64,000 nucleotides of DNA, from the NCBI RefSeq assembly GCF_963921235.1, contig NC_086097.1, positions 124,746,001 through 124,810,000 on the forward strand. The letters run 5' to 3'. Shown here in pieces: positions 1 to 11,024 of the stretch. The DNA is from Mobula hypostoma. Its lineage: Eukaryota. Within the stretch, counting starts at the first letter, position 1, and each line of letters begins with the position of its first letter. A program made the translations under genes and the position numbers. The notes beneath the pieces are model-generated. The model saw nothing but the letters and a program-made list of their open reading frames with translations. It had not been told where the DNA came from and did not search any database.

Positions 1-3000
1 GAATAAAAGAGCATTTCAAGTTCTGGCTTTATCCTGTCACCTGGCTTGGGGTCTCATCAGTAGTTATAGTTGAGCAAACACAAGAAATTATTGACAAGGT
101 GCTGTATTATGTCGACATGACAATTTCAGCAGGAAACTTAGATGCAATTCTACAATAGCAGCAAGCTCTATCTGAGGTGGCCCAGCTAAAGTTAATCAAA
201 ATTTTGACCAGCAGGTTATGAGTGAGTCCAACGTCGATGTCAAATGACTGCAGTGCATTGGGTGGAACAGTCCAGCTGATTGGCGAACTGCACTGCATGG
301 TAACCAAATCAACAGTGTGTGTTGCCTAACAGACCAGCCAGATCTGAATGTTTTTGGCATTGACTGGATGGACAAGCTTGACCTCTGAAGCATCCCTCTG
401 GATGAGGTCTGTATGGAGACACTGGCCATTAAAATCATGTCAGTCAACGCCATATCACCATCAATATGTGAGATCATACAAAAACTGCAACAGCACCATG
501 CAGCAGTGTTTCAAGAAGGTTTAGGTTGCTGCACCAAACTGTAAGCAGAACTCTTATCTCCATTCAGACGCAAAGCCAGTCTTTTGTCCCAAAAGACTAG
601 TACCATATGCAGCCTTACCAATTGTGGAGCAAGAGCTGGATCACCTGCAACAAGCTGGTGTGATCAGAGCTGTCAACTACTCATGTTGGGCAACTCCAGT
701 AATCATTATAAAGAACTCTAGCAGTACAGTGAGGTTGTGTGCAGACTTCTCAACTGGTCGTAGTGTGGCTCTGGAGATATACCAGTACCCTTTACCGGTA
801 TTGGCAATTCTCTTTGCAAAATTGGAAAGTACTCGCTACTTTGCAAAGTTGGACCTTGACTGAAGCCTACCTTCAGCTAGAAGTGGTGGACAATTCACAG
901 GAGTTTCTCACCATTACAATACATAAGGGGTTGTTTTCCTTTGTCCGTCTGCCTTTCGGGGTAAAGATAGCTCCTTCAATTTTCCTACAGCTTATGGACA
1001 CCGTATTGAGTGGCATTGACAGTGGTGCTGCTAACCTCGACAATATTATTGTGATGGTCATGGATCAGACAGAGCTATGCTTACGCTTGGACCACGTTTT
1101 GAACAAACTACAAGACTTTGGATTGTGACCCGGGCCAGAAAAATACAGCAACATGGTATTTTCAAAATCAAGTATTTGGAATTTGTCATTGACGAGCATG
1201 GCCATCGCCCAGATCCCAAAAACATCACTGCTATCTTAAAAATGCCTCCTCCATCAGCTGTCAACGCTTTGCAATCATTATTTAGGGCATGATCAGTCAT
1301 TATTCAGCATTTCTCCCAGAAATGCACCAGCTGAGGGAGCCACTCAATACTCTACTTAACAAAGGCGCTACATGGAAATGGTGCAAACATTGCCAAGAGG
1401 CTTTTCCTTCTTGTCTGCCTAGTGTTTGGGGACAGAATAGAGACTCCATGAACACGTCAACCAAAAGTACTGAAACTATTCACACAGGCATCAATCGAAT
1501 GAGAGCTCGGGCAAGAAGCTTTGTGAATTGGTTGACCATAGATGAAGATATCACATCGTATGCAAGCAATGTACTCAACGCTCTATGTCAACCAAGGATC
1601 CACATAGAAGCAATCCACAACAAAGGCTTAATCTATCAGATCTTGGAGTCAAGTACATATTGACTTTGTCTGCCCAGTCAACGGGTGAATCTACCTTGTC
1701 CTGGTTAACGGCTTTTCCAAATGGCCAGAAGTATTATCTATGAAGTCAACACTGACAGCGGCTACCGTCCAACAGCTGCTGTAGATCTTTAGCTGATTTG
1801 GAATTCAGGAAATGCTTGTTTCTGACAACAGCACTCAATTCAGTTCACAGCAGTTTGCTGCCTTCTGCCGGAACAGTGGAATTATCCACATCCGCTCTCC
1901 CCCACATCCTCCCCAGTCCAGTGGCCAAGCAGTGAGGTTTGTGGATAGGTTCAAATGGTCACTTCTCAAATCAAGAGGGGAAGGAGCATTGGCTGAGGCC
2001 CTCAATATATTTCTGCTGACATATCAAATTACACCACAGCCAGGCCTCGAGGGGAAGCCACCAGCTGAAGTGCTTTTGGGAAGAAGACTACACACAGTAT
2101 TGGATGCAATACTGCCACAGTGCCTGGCATCCAGAAGAGCAGATGGTCAGGTGCACAAGGGCAGCCACACAGACCTTGGTCAACGGGTGAAGTCATTCAA
2201 GCCCGAGTGGCAGCGTGGGTCAAATGGTATTGCAAAGGGCAAGAATCCTGGTACCTGGTCAGATTGACAAACGGATAGAGAAAGTGCTCTGTGATGCTGA
2301 GAGACATCCTAGGATGCACTGGGACACATCAGTGATGTTACCCGGGGTGATCAGATGTTTCGGATCTTTCAACATCAGACACCCTCGCCCAGGCAACCCA
2401 GCCAGGGTTGATCAGGCCCTGGCTTGTGTCCCAGCAACATTGGTCCACGGGTCACACCTCTTGATCTATAGCCATCTGGAGGCAGGCTCTGCAGCCTTTA
2501 TGGCAGTCCTGATGGCTGTTCTCTTTGCAGTGCCCACAATACCAAGGAGAGAGTAAGTTCTGCCCACCTCTATGGCTCGCAATGTGCTCTCCACCCCTGT
2601 CTCTGGCACTGCTGTACCAGCTCCTGCTATATGGCTTTCTTGAGGTTATCATAGACAGACATCAGTAGTTCACCACATCGACCAGTTGCAACCACGTGCT
2701 CCCGAAGGCAACAAATTTGTCAGGCAGATCATCAAACAAAGAGTTGGACCTTCACCTTCTCCTGGACAGGTTCAATTTACCTTGACTGAACCAGCACCTG
2801 CACAGCTGCAAGCAACAAGGAAGTGACAGCCTGCAACCACTACAAAGTGCAAGTTAACCCTCATCTCAAATCCTACAAGAGGGAGGTGTTACATCGAACT
2901 GAAACAACCAATGCCTATTGATCAGCTGACAACCAATCCCAGGCTGACTTTCACTAATGGATTGTTGTTGTTCCAGCGAATGCCTTGAATGCTCTCTGGG

Positions 3001-3156
3001 TAAATCATTTAAATAGTCGTGCTTTGGGATGTACAGTTGAGTTTTGAGATTTGTGGTTGTGTAGTTTTACTGAATGAAGGAGTATTTCAAGTTCCGGTTT
3101 AGTCCTAACTCCTGGCTTTGGGTCTCATCAGTAATCATAGGTGAGTGAGAACAACA
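1..3156 (+). mobile_element. Decayed, internally deleted Ty3/Gypsy LTR retrotransposon (K02A2.6/Mag-like)
   Basis: Bases 1-85 match the end of the 3' LTR (3072-3156). Broken RT motifs (WATPVIII, VRLCADFS, FAKLDL, RLPFGVKIAPSIF) at ~600-1300. Integrase zinc finger (HTGINRMRARARSFV) and core (LVSDNSTQFSSQQF, PHPPQSSGQAVRFV) at ~1470-2100. PPT aagagggagg directly before the 3' LTR. Many stops and frameshifts. Confidence 0.92.
2887..3156 (+). repeat. 3' LTR of the Gypsy element (270 bp, TGTT...AACA)
   Basis: Starts TG right after the polypurine tract, ends CA; its last 85 nt align ungapped with window 1-85 (about 19 mismatches). Confidence 0.88.
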
Positions 3157-3870
3157 GTTCCTTTGATTCCCTGCGTGTTCATGTGTCTAACTGCCACTTA
3201 AACATTGCTTTTTGTCTGTTTCATCCACCTCCCCGGCAGTGTGTTCCAGCCACCTACCATTCTGTATTAAAAAAGTTACCTCACAATTCTCCTTTAAAAC
3301 TTTTCCTCCTCTCACCTTAAAGCCATGCCCTTTAGTATATCAGATTTCCAACCTGGGAGAAGGATCACTAGGGTCCAGGTGAGGCAACACTCACCTGCAA
3401 GTCTTTTGGTGTCATCTACTTTGTCCGGTGATCCTCGTACAACGTCCTCTACACTGGTGAGACCCGATGTTGATCAGAGGACCGGTTTGTTGAGCGCCTC
3501 TGCTCTGTCCATAACAAGCAGGGTTTCCCAGTGGCCAACCATGTTAATTCTAATCCCATTCTCATTCTGAGTTGTCGGTCCATGGCCTCCTCTCTGCCAT
3601 GACGAGGCCACTCTCTAGTTGGAGGAGCAATACCTCATATTCCATCTGAGTAACCATCAACCTGACGGCATGAACATTGATTTCTCTAACTTACAGTAAT
3701 TTCTCTCATTTATCCCCTCCATTTCCCATTCAGGCTCCCCTCTTATCTCTTCTCTTCTCCTCTCCTGCCTATCAGTTCCCTCTGGCACCCCTCCTCCTTC
3801 CCTTTTTCCCATGGTCCATTATCCTCTCCGATCAGATTCCTTCTTCTTCCACCCTTTACCTTTTCCACCT

Positions 3871-4800
3871 ATCACCTCCCAGTATCACCCCCCTTCCCCG
3901 CCCACTCACCTGGTCTCACATATCACCTACCAGTATCACCCCCCTTCCCCGCCCACTCACCTGGTCTCACATATCACCTCCCAGTATCACCCCCCTTCCC
4001 CGCCCACTCACCTGGTCTCACATATCACCTCCCAGTATCACCCCCCTTCCCCGCCCACTCACCTGGTCTCACATATCACCTCCCAGTATCACCCCCCTTC
4101 CCCGCCCACTCACCTGGTCTCACATATCACCTCCCAATATCACCCCCCTTCCCCGCCCACTCACCTGGTCTCACATATCACCTCCCAGTATCACCCCCCT
4201 TCCCCGCCCACTCACCTGGTCTCACATATCACCTCCCAGTATCACCCCCCTTCCCCGCCCACTCACCTGGTCTCACATATCACCTCCCAGTATCACCCCC
4301 CTTCCCCGCCCACTCACCTGGTCTCACATATCACCTCCCAATATCACCCCCCTTCCCCGCCCACTCACCTGGTCTCACATATCACCTACCAGTATCACCC
4401 CCCTTCCCCGCCCACTCACCTGGTCTCACATATCACCTCCCAGTATCACCCCCCTTCCCCGCCCACTCACCTGGTCTCACATATCACCTCCCAGTATCAC
4501 CCCCCTTCCCCGCCCACTCACCTGGTCTCACATATCACCTCCCAATATCACCCCCCTTCCCCGCCCACTCACCTGGTCTCACATATCACCTACCAGTATC
4601 ACCCCCCTTCCCCGCCCACTCACCTGGTCTCACATATCACCTCCCAGTATCACCCCCCTTCCCCGCCCACTCACCTGGTCTCACATATCACCTCCCAGTA
4701 TCACCCCCCTTCCCTGCCCACTCACCTGGTCTCACATATCACCTCCCAATATCACCCCCCTTCCCCGCCCACTCACCTGGTCTCACATATCACCTACCAG
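3871..4800 (+). repeat. 51-bp minisatellite, ~18 copies, with 204-bp higher-order periodicity
   Basis: Unit atcacctcccagtatcaccccccttccccgcccactcacctggtctcacat; the caat variant recurs at 4135, 4339, 4543, 4747. Confidence 0.97.
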
Positions 4801-4870
4801 CTTGTTCTCCTTCTTCACCCCCCACATTCATATTCTGGCTCCTCTGCCTTCCTTTTCCAGTCCTGATGTA

Positions 4871-5191
4871 CGAGGGGTGATTGATAAGTTTGTGGCCTAA
4901 GGTAGAAGGAGATGAGTTATACAGCTCTCATTACATGCACATACAGTTCAACGCTTTGAGTGATTATGCAGAAAGTTTGAAGTTAATAACTCATCTCCTT
5001 CTACCTTATGCCATGAACTTATCAATTACCCCTGCTGTGGACACTTTCTGCAGGCCCAAGATCCATATACTCCACGACCACTGGACTAAGTGTGTAAATG
5101 TAGGAGGGGACTATGTTGAAAAATAAATGTGCTAGATTTTCTAAAATTGACTCCTTCTCCCTTAGGCCACGAACCTATCAATCACCCCTCG
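4871..5191 (+). mobile_element. Mariner-derived MITE (321 bp) with TA target-site duplication
   Basis: TA at 4869-70 and 5192-93; ~41-bp TIRs cgaggggtgattgataagtttgtggcctaaggtagaaggag; transposase C-terminal remnant HWTKCVNVGGDYVEK*. Confidence 0.92.
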
Positions 5192-5499
5192 TAAGTTGTC
5201 GGACCAAAACGTCGACTGGATTTCCAGCACCTGCAGAATCTCTTGTGTTTAGGATTCACATTCAGTAGATTTTCCTCTATAATTTCTGACCAGTTGCATT
5301 TTCCATCCCCTCCCTTTCCAACATTCTGAGGGACCATTCCCTCTGCGATCCTTCAGTTCACACTTCTAACTCCACTGGCCTTGGCATCTGGATGCCCCAT
5401 CAGGATGGACAACAACCAATGTGCAGGCAAAAAGAAAAGAATTACAAACTGTGCAAATACAGAAAGAAAGAGGAAAAAAGGAAGAATAAGAATAATCCT

Positions 5500-5680
5500 C
5501 AACAAAAGAGATTCTGCAGATGCTGGAAAGCCAAAGCAACACACACAAAATGCTGGAGGGACTCAGCAGGTCAGGCAGCATCTATGGAGGTGATGAAGAG
5601 TCTCAGCTCCAAACGTTGACTGTTTATTCCCCTCCATAGATGCTGCCTGACCTGCTGAGTTCCTCCAGCATTTTGTGTTT
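5500..5680. mobile_element. Head-to-head Penelope pseudo-LTR fragments forming an inverted repeat
   Basis: 5543-5590 is the reverse complement of 5630-5677. Confidence 0.85.
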
Positions 5681-5929
5681 ATGGCTCAATCCTTGAACTC
5701 TATCTAACTAAAGCTGTGATTTTCTTGTACTTGTTTGATTTAGTGTACAGTATTCAGTACTCACTATATAATCACACTGGTGAATTGAGTTATTGCTTTT
5801 ACAGACTGCCTCTGTTCAGTCCATATGCATGATCCTCAGCTTCCGCCTCCCTTTCTGACCTCTGTCTTCAGTTCATTCAGCTGGTGGAACTCAGCAGGTC
5901 ACTATGAAAATGAATTTCATGTTTCAGGC

Positions 5930-6595
5930 AACAAAAGTCAACATTTCCTGCAGAGACCCTTAACCAGGACTGGAAAGAAAGGGAGAAGATGCTAGAACAA
6001 AAAGGTGGGGGGGGGGAGGGGAAGGAGGACAAGCTGGAAGGTGATAGGTGAAGCCAAGTGGGTGGGAAAGGTGAAGGGCTGGAGAAGAAGAAATCTGATA
6101 GGAGAATAGAGTGGACCACAGGTGAAAGGGAAGAAGGAAGGGCTCCAGGGGAGATGATAGCCAGGTAAGGAAAAGAGGTAAGAGACCAGCGCAGAGTAGA
6201 AAAAGAGGGAAGGCGGAGGGGAAATGAAAAAAGAAAAAAATATTAGCAGAAGGAGAAATCAATGATCAGGTTGGAGCCTACCTCAGCAGAATACGTGGTG
6301 TTGTTCCCCTACCCCGAGGGTGGCCTTTTCATGCCCAATGAGGATGCCGTGGACCAACATGTCAAAACAGGAATGGGGATAGGAATTAAAATGGTTGGCC
6401 TTAGAGAAGCCCCACTTTTGGTGGGTGGAGCAGAGGTGCTGGACAAAGCGGTCCCCCTATTTACATCTAGGCTCATCAATGCAGAGGAGGACTCATTAGG
6501 AGCACCGGACACAATAGATTTGTAGGTGATGTGTTGCCTCACCTAGAAGAACTGGTTGGGGCCCTGAATGGAGGTGTGGAAGGAGGTGAATGGGT
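5930..6595 (-). mobile_element. Penelope-like element 3' end
   Basis: Reverse complement of the same GIY-YIG/3' UTR/pLTR family as 3370-5250. Confidence 0.85.
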
Positions 6596-7791
6596 TGTCG
6601 TCAGCTTCTGTCCGTCTCAAGAGACAATGGTGTGACACTTTTCCTGGTGGTTCTAGACCTAAGTATATTTGCACTTCCTAGAGTGGCTGTACAGCCCCAC
6701 TCCAGAGTGACAGTCTGCAGGTGAAGGAGGAAGGGGCTCTGGGTGATGCAGCTCTGGCTCTCTTGTTGATGAGCATGTCTGTCCTTGCTGTCTCAGCATG
6801 TTGTACACCGCTTTTGACTGCAGCCCTCCATGCTGTCCGGTCTTCAACTGTTTCCTCCCGTATGTTGAAGTTGATGCCTACCAGCTCCAGGTCGCGCTTG
6901 CAGACATCCCTGTAGCAGAGGCATGGTCTTCCTCGTGGGTGGTGACCCTCACTCAGCTCGCCATACAGCATGTCCTTGGGAGTGCGACCCTGGTCCATCC
7001 GTTTGACATGGCCCAACTATCTGAGGCGTCTGGCTGAGTAGTGTGTGGATGCTGGAAGTGTCAGCCCACTGCAGGACCTCTGTGTTGGTGATTCTGTCCT
7101 CCAGGAGATGTGCCAGAGGCACCTGAGGCAGTGTAGGTGGACTGAGTTTAGCCTCTTTCCTCGGCTGATGTGTGGCGCACAAGCCTCGCTGGCATAGAGG
7201 AGTGTGCTGAGCACGTGGGCCTGGTACACCCGTAGCTTGGTCTTCTTCGCCAGCTGTCTGTTGTTCCATACTCTCCTGTTCAGGCTGGCCATACTGAGCA
7301 GCTTTGGCCATCCTGCTGTTCTCCTCTGCGTCGAGGGACAGAGAGCTGGTGATGGTCGACCCAAGATAGATGAAGGAGTCGACTACGTCAAGAAAGCGAC
7401 CATCAATGGTGATGTCCGGGGGAGATTTTGCACCCTGGGCCATAATGTTGGTCTTCTTCAGACTGATGGTAACCCAAACTCCCTGCAGGCATGGGCGAAG
7501 TGGTTAATCAGTTGTTGGAGTTCCCCTTCAGTGTGTGACGTCAATGCTGCATCATCTGCAAACAACGTCTCATGGAAGAGGGCAACCCTAACTTTGGTCG
7601 TGGAGCACAGGCGAGTGACGTTGAGTAGCTTGCCATTTGCTCTTGTGCAAAGGTACATGCCTTCAGTACAGTCTGTGAAGCATAGTGAAGGAGAATGGAG
7701 AAGATTTCAAGGGGGGGGTCGGTGACAGGACACGATCTTGTTTCACTCCACTGCTCACTGGAAGGGCTCCATTGAAGCAGACAGTGTTGTG
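6596..7791 (-). mobile_element. 5'-truncated RTE-clade LINE
   Basis: RT motif LFADDAAL; FIYLGSTI; LSTLLYASE; GHVKRMDQGRTPKDMLYGEL...RGRP; RTE-type 3' stem-loop ccattgtctcttgagacggac. Confidence 0.9.
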
Positions 7792-7981
7792 CTACCTCGG
7801 CAGAATATGTGGTGTTGTTCCTCTACCCTGAGGGTGGCCTTTTCATGCCCAATGAGGGTGCCGTAGACCAACATGTCAGAACAGGAATGGGGATAGGAAT
7901 TAAAATGGTTAGCCTTAGAGAAACTCCACTTTTGGTGGGTGGAGCAGAGGTGCTCGATAAAGCGGTCCCCCTATTTACATC
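7792..7981. repeat. Direct duplicate of 6278-6467 on the other side of the RTE
   Basis: ctacctcRgcagaata...ccccctatttacatc occurs on both sides, about 90% or more identical. Confidence 0.93.
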
Positions 7982-8008
7982 CGGTCCTGGTATAAGTAAA
8001 TAAATATA

Positions 8009-8140
8009 AGTCCTGATGAAGGGTCTCAACCTGAAACATCAACTGTTTATTCCTCTCCATCGATGCTGCCTGACCTTCTGAGTTCCTGCAGCATTCTGCG
8101 TGAGTTCCTCTGGATTTCCAGCATCTGCAGACTCTCTGAG
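8009..8140 (+). other. Penelope pseudo-LTR with minimal type I hammerhead ribozyme motif
   Basis: agtc-CTGATGA-agggtctcaacct-GAAA-catcaactg: hammerhead core boxes flanking stem II AGG/CCT. Confidence 0.75.
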
Positions 8141-9847
8141 TTTGTGCATAAATACCAGCATGCATGTACAATGTAAACAGCATTATGAAAAGTGGTTTAA
8201 AGTGTTTACAGTGCAGTACAGTAACTGAGGAAATGGGTAAACGGGGATGGGGAGGGGCTAACTAAAATGGTTAATCAGATTAACTATCTAGAGGAAGAAA
8301 CTTTTCAGATAACTTGAAGTGAGTCCTATGGTGCTTTCCAGCAGGAATGTTTCAGAAAAATCAGTTTGCTGGGGGGGGTAATATCTGCAATGATGTTTCC
8401 TGCCCACTTCTTTGTCCTGGACAAGTCCTTTTCTGCTGATTCGCCAGTTCACTGTAGTTTTCACACATTATGAGAGGATGCTGCTCAAAACCAGACAGTA
8501 ATGGCACCTCAATTAACCAGATACTTCAGCTTCCTGTACCCAACATAGACTACAACAATTTCATCCGCTCAGCATCTCAATCATTTTTCCTTCAGAATTC
8601 AGGCATTCCTTTCAAATTCCATTGACACTTCGAGATAATCATTCAGCATTCCCATGTTCTCTGGGCTTTTGTTATTTTGCCCTCTATCATTAATCCCTCC
8701 TGCCTTCCATTCTACTGCGGATCTTCCAAATCCCTTTTTATACCCCCAGATCTCTCATCCCCCTTTGTATTTTAAAATTTACTTTCAGTAATACCCATAT
8801 CTGATGAAAATTCATGAATGTGAAATGCTAATAAAAAATGCAGTTGTTGAATTTCTGAAATAAAAGCAGAAAATGCTGGAAGCATTCAGAATCAAAGTCA
8901 GGTTTTGTATCACTGGCATCCATTGTGAAATTTGTTGTTTTGCAGCAGCAGTAAGGTGCAATACATAAAAACTATAAATTACAGTAAGATATATTTATAT
9001 TTAAATGAGTAGTGTGAAAAAAGAGCCTAAAAACAGCGAGGTAGTGTTCATGGTTTGGTTCTTTGCCTGTTCAGAAATCTGATGGCGGAGGGGTAGTAGT
9101 AATGAAAGGGGGTCAGTAGGTCAGTCAGAAAGAGAAATAGAGCATTTTGTGTGTGTTGTTATGGAGATAACACTTTCAGATCCAAGATTCTTCATCTGGA
9201 AATGGGAACTGTGTTTCTCTCTCCTTAGATGTTGCCTGACTTTTTGAGCATTTTCTGTGCTTACAAGATTCCTTCATCATCTGGCTTCCATTTGGGTTAA
9301 ATTTCCCTGATCGGCTTCCTGCCTTTAGTCAGTATATCCACTCATTCTTTTTTCATGCATCTGTGCCATTGAGTATATACAAGACAGATTTTTAGCCATT
9401 AAGAGAAGAAAGCGATATTGGATTAATGCAGGAAAGTGGTGCTGAGATGGAGATTGACCCTGACCTTTATTGAATGATGGGCAGGCAGAATTCCAGCTCC
9501 TCTCACTTAAGCTGACAAAGCTAGAGTATGGCAGACATCTCCATTTCACAGGGTCATAGAGTTTATGTCTCTGCAACTATATCTCTCAGGCTTAGAGCCC
9601 ATAAGACCACAAACAGCCTGATGGTGCACTGGTGCTGATGGAGATCATGGAGGAAATGTTGTCAATCCAAGCTGACTGGGGTCTGTTGGGAAATCAAGGA
9701 TCCATTTGTACAAGGAGATATTGAGGCCAAGGTCTTGAAGCTTATTGATTGGTTTTGAGGGGATGATAGTATTGAATGCAGAGCTGTAGCTAATGGAGAG
9801 CAGCCTGTTATATGGACCTTCACTGTCATGAAATGGCATCTACTGTT

Positions 9848-10246
9848 TGTCACCGGGTTCGGACATGGCCCAAGTGCAGAGTGAGAGACACTAAAGTGGG
9901 TTGATATTTCACAGACTTTAATGCGAACCATGTTAAAGGGGGAAAGAAAACAATAAACACTAGGCCAAACAGGGCCGTTGACTAAAACACTCAAATGAAA
10001 ACTGAAGCCTACACTGCGGCTGAGAAGAACAACTAAGAATAAAACGAATACCACTAGTCTTCAGAGTCAGTTGACTCGACAGTCCAATTTCTCAGGCAAG
10101 GCAGAATGCAGATAACGAAGCATAGTTATGTCCGAGTCTTGACAAACACTACAACAGAATGAATGGAGTTAAATACTATCACAATGAAGTAATTAGCTGA
10201 CATGTGCATATTCACAAGCGCAATTGCCGAATCCGTGGCTGTGACA
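9848..10246 (-). mobile_element. Probable solo LTR (399 bp)
   Basis: Termini TGTCAC...GTGACA; imperfect flanking duplication ctgtt/cttgt. Confidence 0.65.
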
Positions 10247-11024
10247 CTTGTTGTGTTCTGTGTTTTTCTGCCGGGAATGGGGACATGTTATATTGGCGCT
10301 GGAGCGTGTGAAGTGTGGTGACTCTTGCAGGCTGCCCCCAGCACACCATCCTGTACGTTGGTTTTTAACACAAACGATGCATTTCATGGTATGGTTTATG
10401 CGACAAATAAATTGAATCCTGAATTTTGCTGCAATGACTTTGACACTTAGTCAAAGTTGTTGTGACTAGACACTGCTAAATGCCTTCTTGGCTGCTGTTC
10501 TATTGCTTCAGACAATTGTTCAGCATTATCCTCCTCAACAGTTATTTGGCCTCCTACAGCCACTTGCTACATGGCGAGTCGTGTTGGTGACATTCCAAAG
10601 CCTAAATTGGTAACATTAGCCAGGTTGTTGTATATGCCTTGGGCAGCTTTTCTATTATGCTGTTGTATCTCGAATCTCCCAGGGTCCATCGATTAATCTG
10701 GCTATTGTGATAAGTAAAGGAGATACTGTGAACACTGTGGAGTTAGCATTATATAAATTTACTGAACCAGCTGGCATTTACCTTCCTTAGGCACAAGAGT
10801 TACTGCGGAAGGACTTGCATAGTGATGAAGGGTCTCAGCCCAAAACGTTGACAGTTTATTCCCCTCCTCAGATGCTGTCTGATCTGTTGAGTTCCTCCAG
10901 CCTTTTGTGGTTAGGGCTCAATTCTTGAACTCTTTTACTCAAAGCACTGGTTTTCTTGTACTTGTTTGATTTAGTGTATAGTATTCACTGTTCACAATGT
11001 AATCTCCACACTGGCGTGAGTAAA

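Larger units (their letters stand above)
3370..5250 (+). mobile_element. Penelope-like element 3' end (GIY-YIG remnant plus pseudo-LTR), containing a minisatellite expansion and a MITE
   Basis: GIY-YIG-like reading QVRQH.TCKS.GVIY...LYTGETR from 3376; pyrimidine-rich 3' UTR; pLTR ...cagtcctgatg / aaaacgtcgactggatttccagcacctgcag. Confidence 0.85.

Noticed and set aside
3677..4900. 407-aa and 351-aa Pro/His/Ser-rich ORFs
   Set aside because: Produced by the stop-free 51-bp (17-codon) minisatellite inside a TE; no gene context
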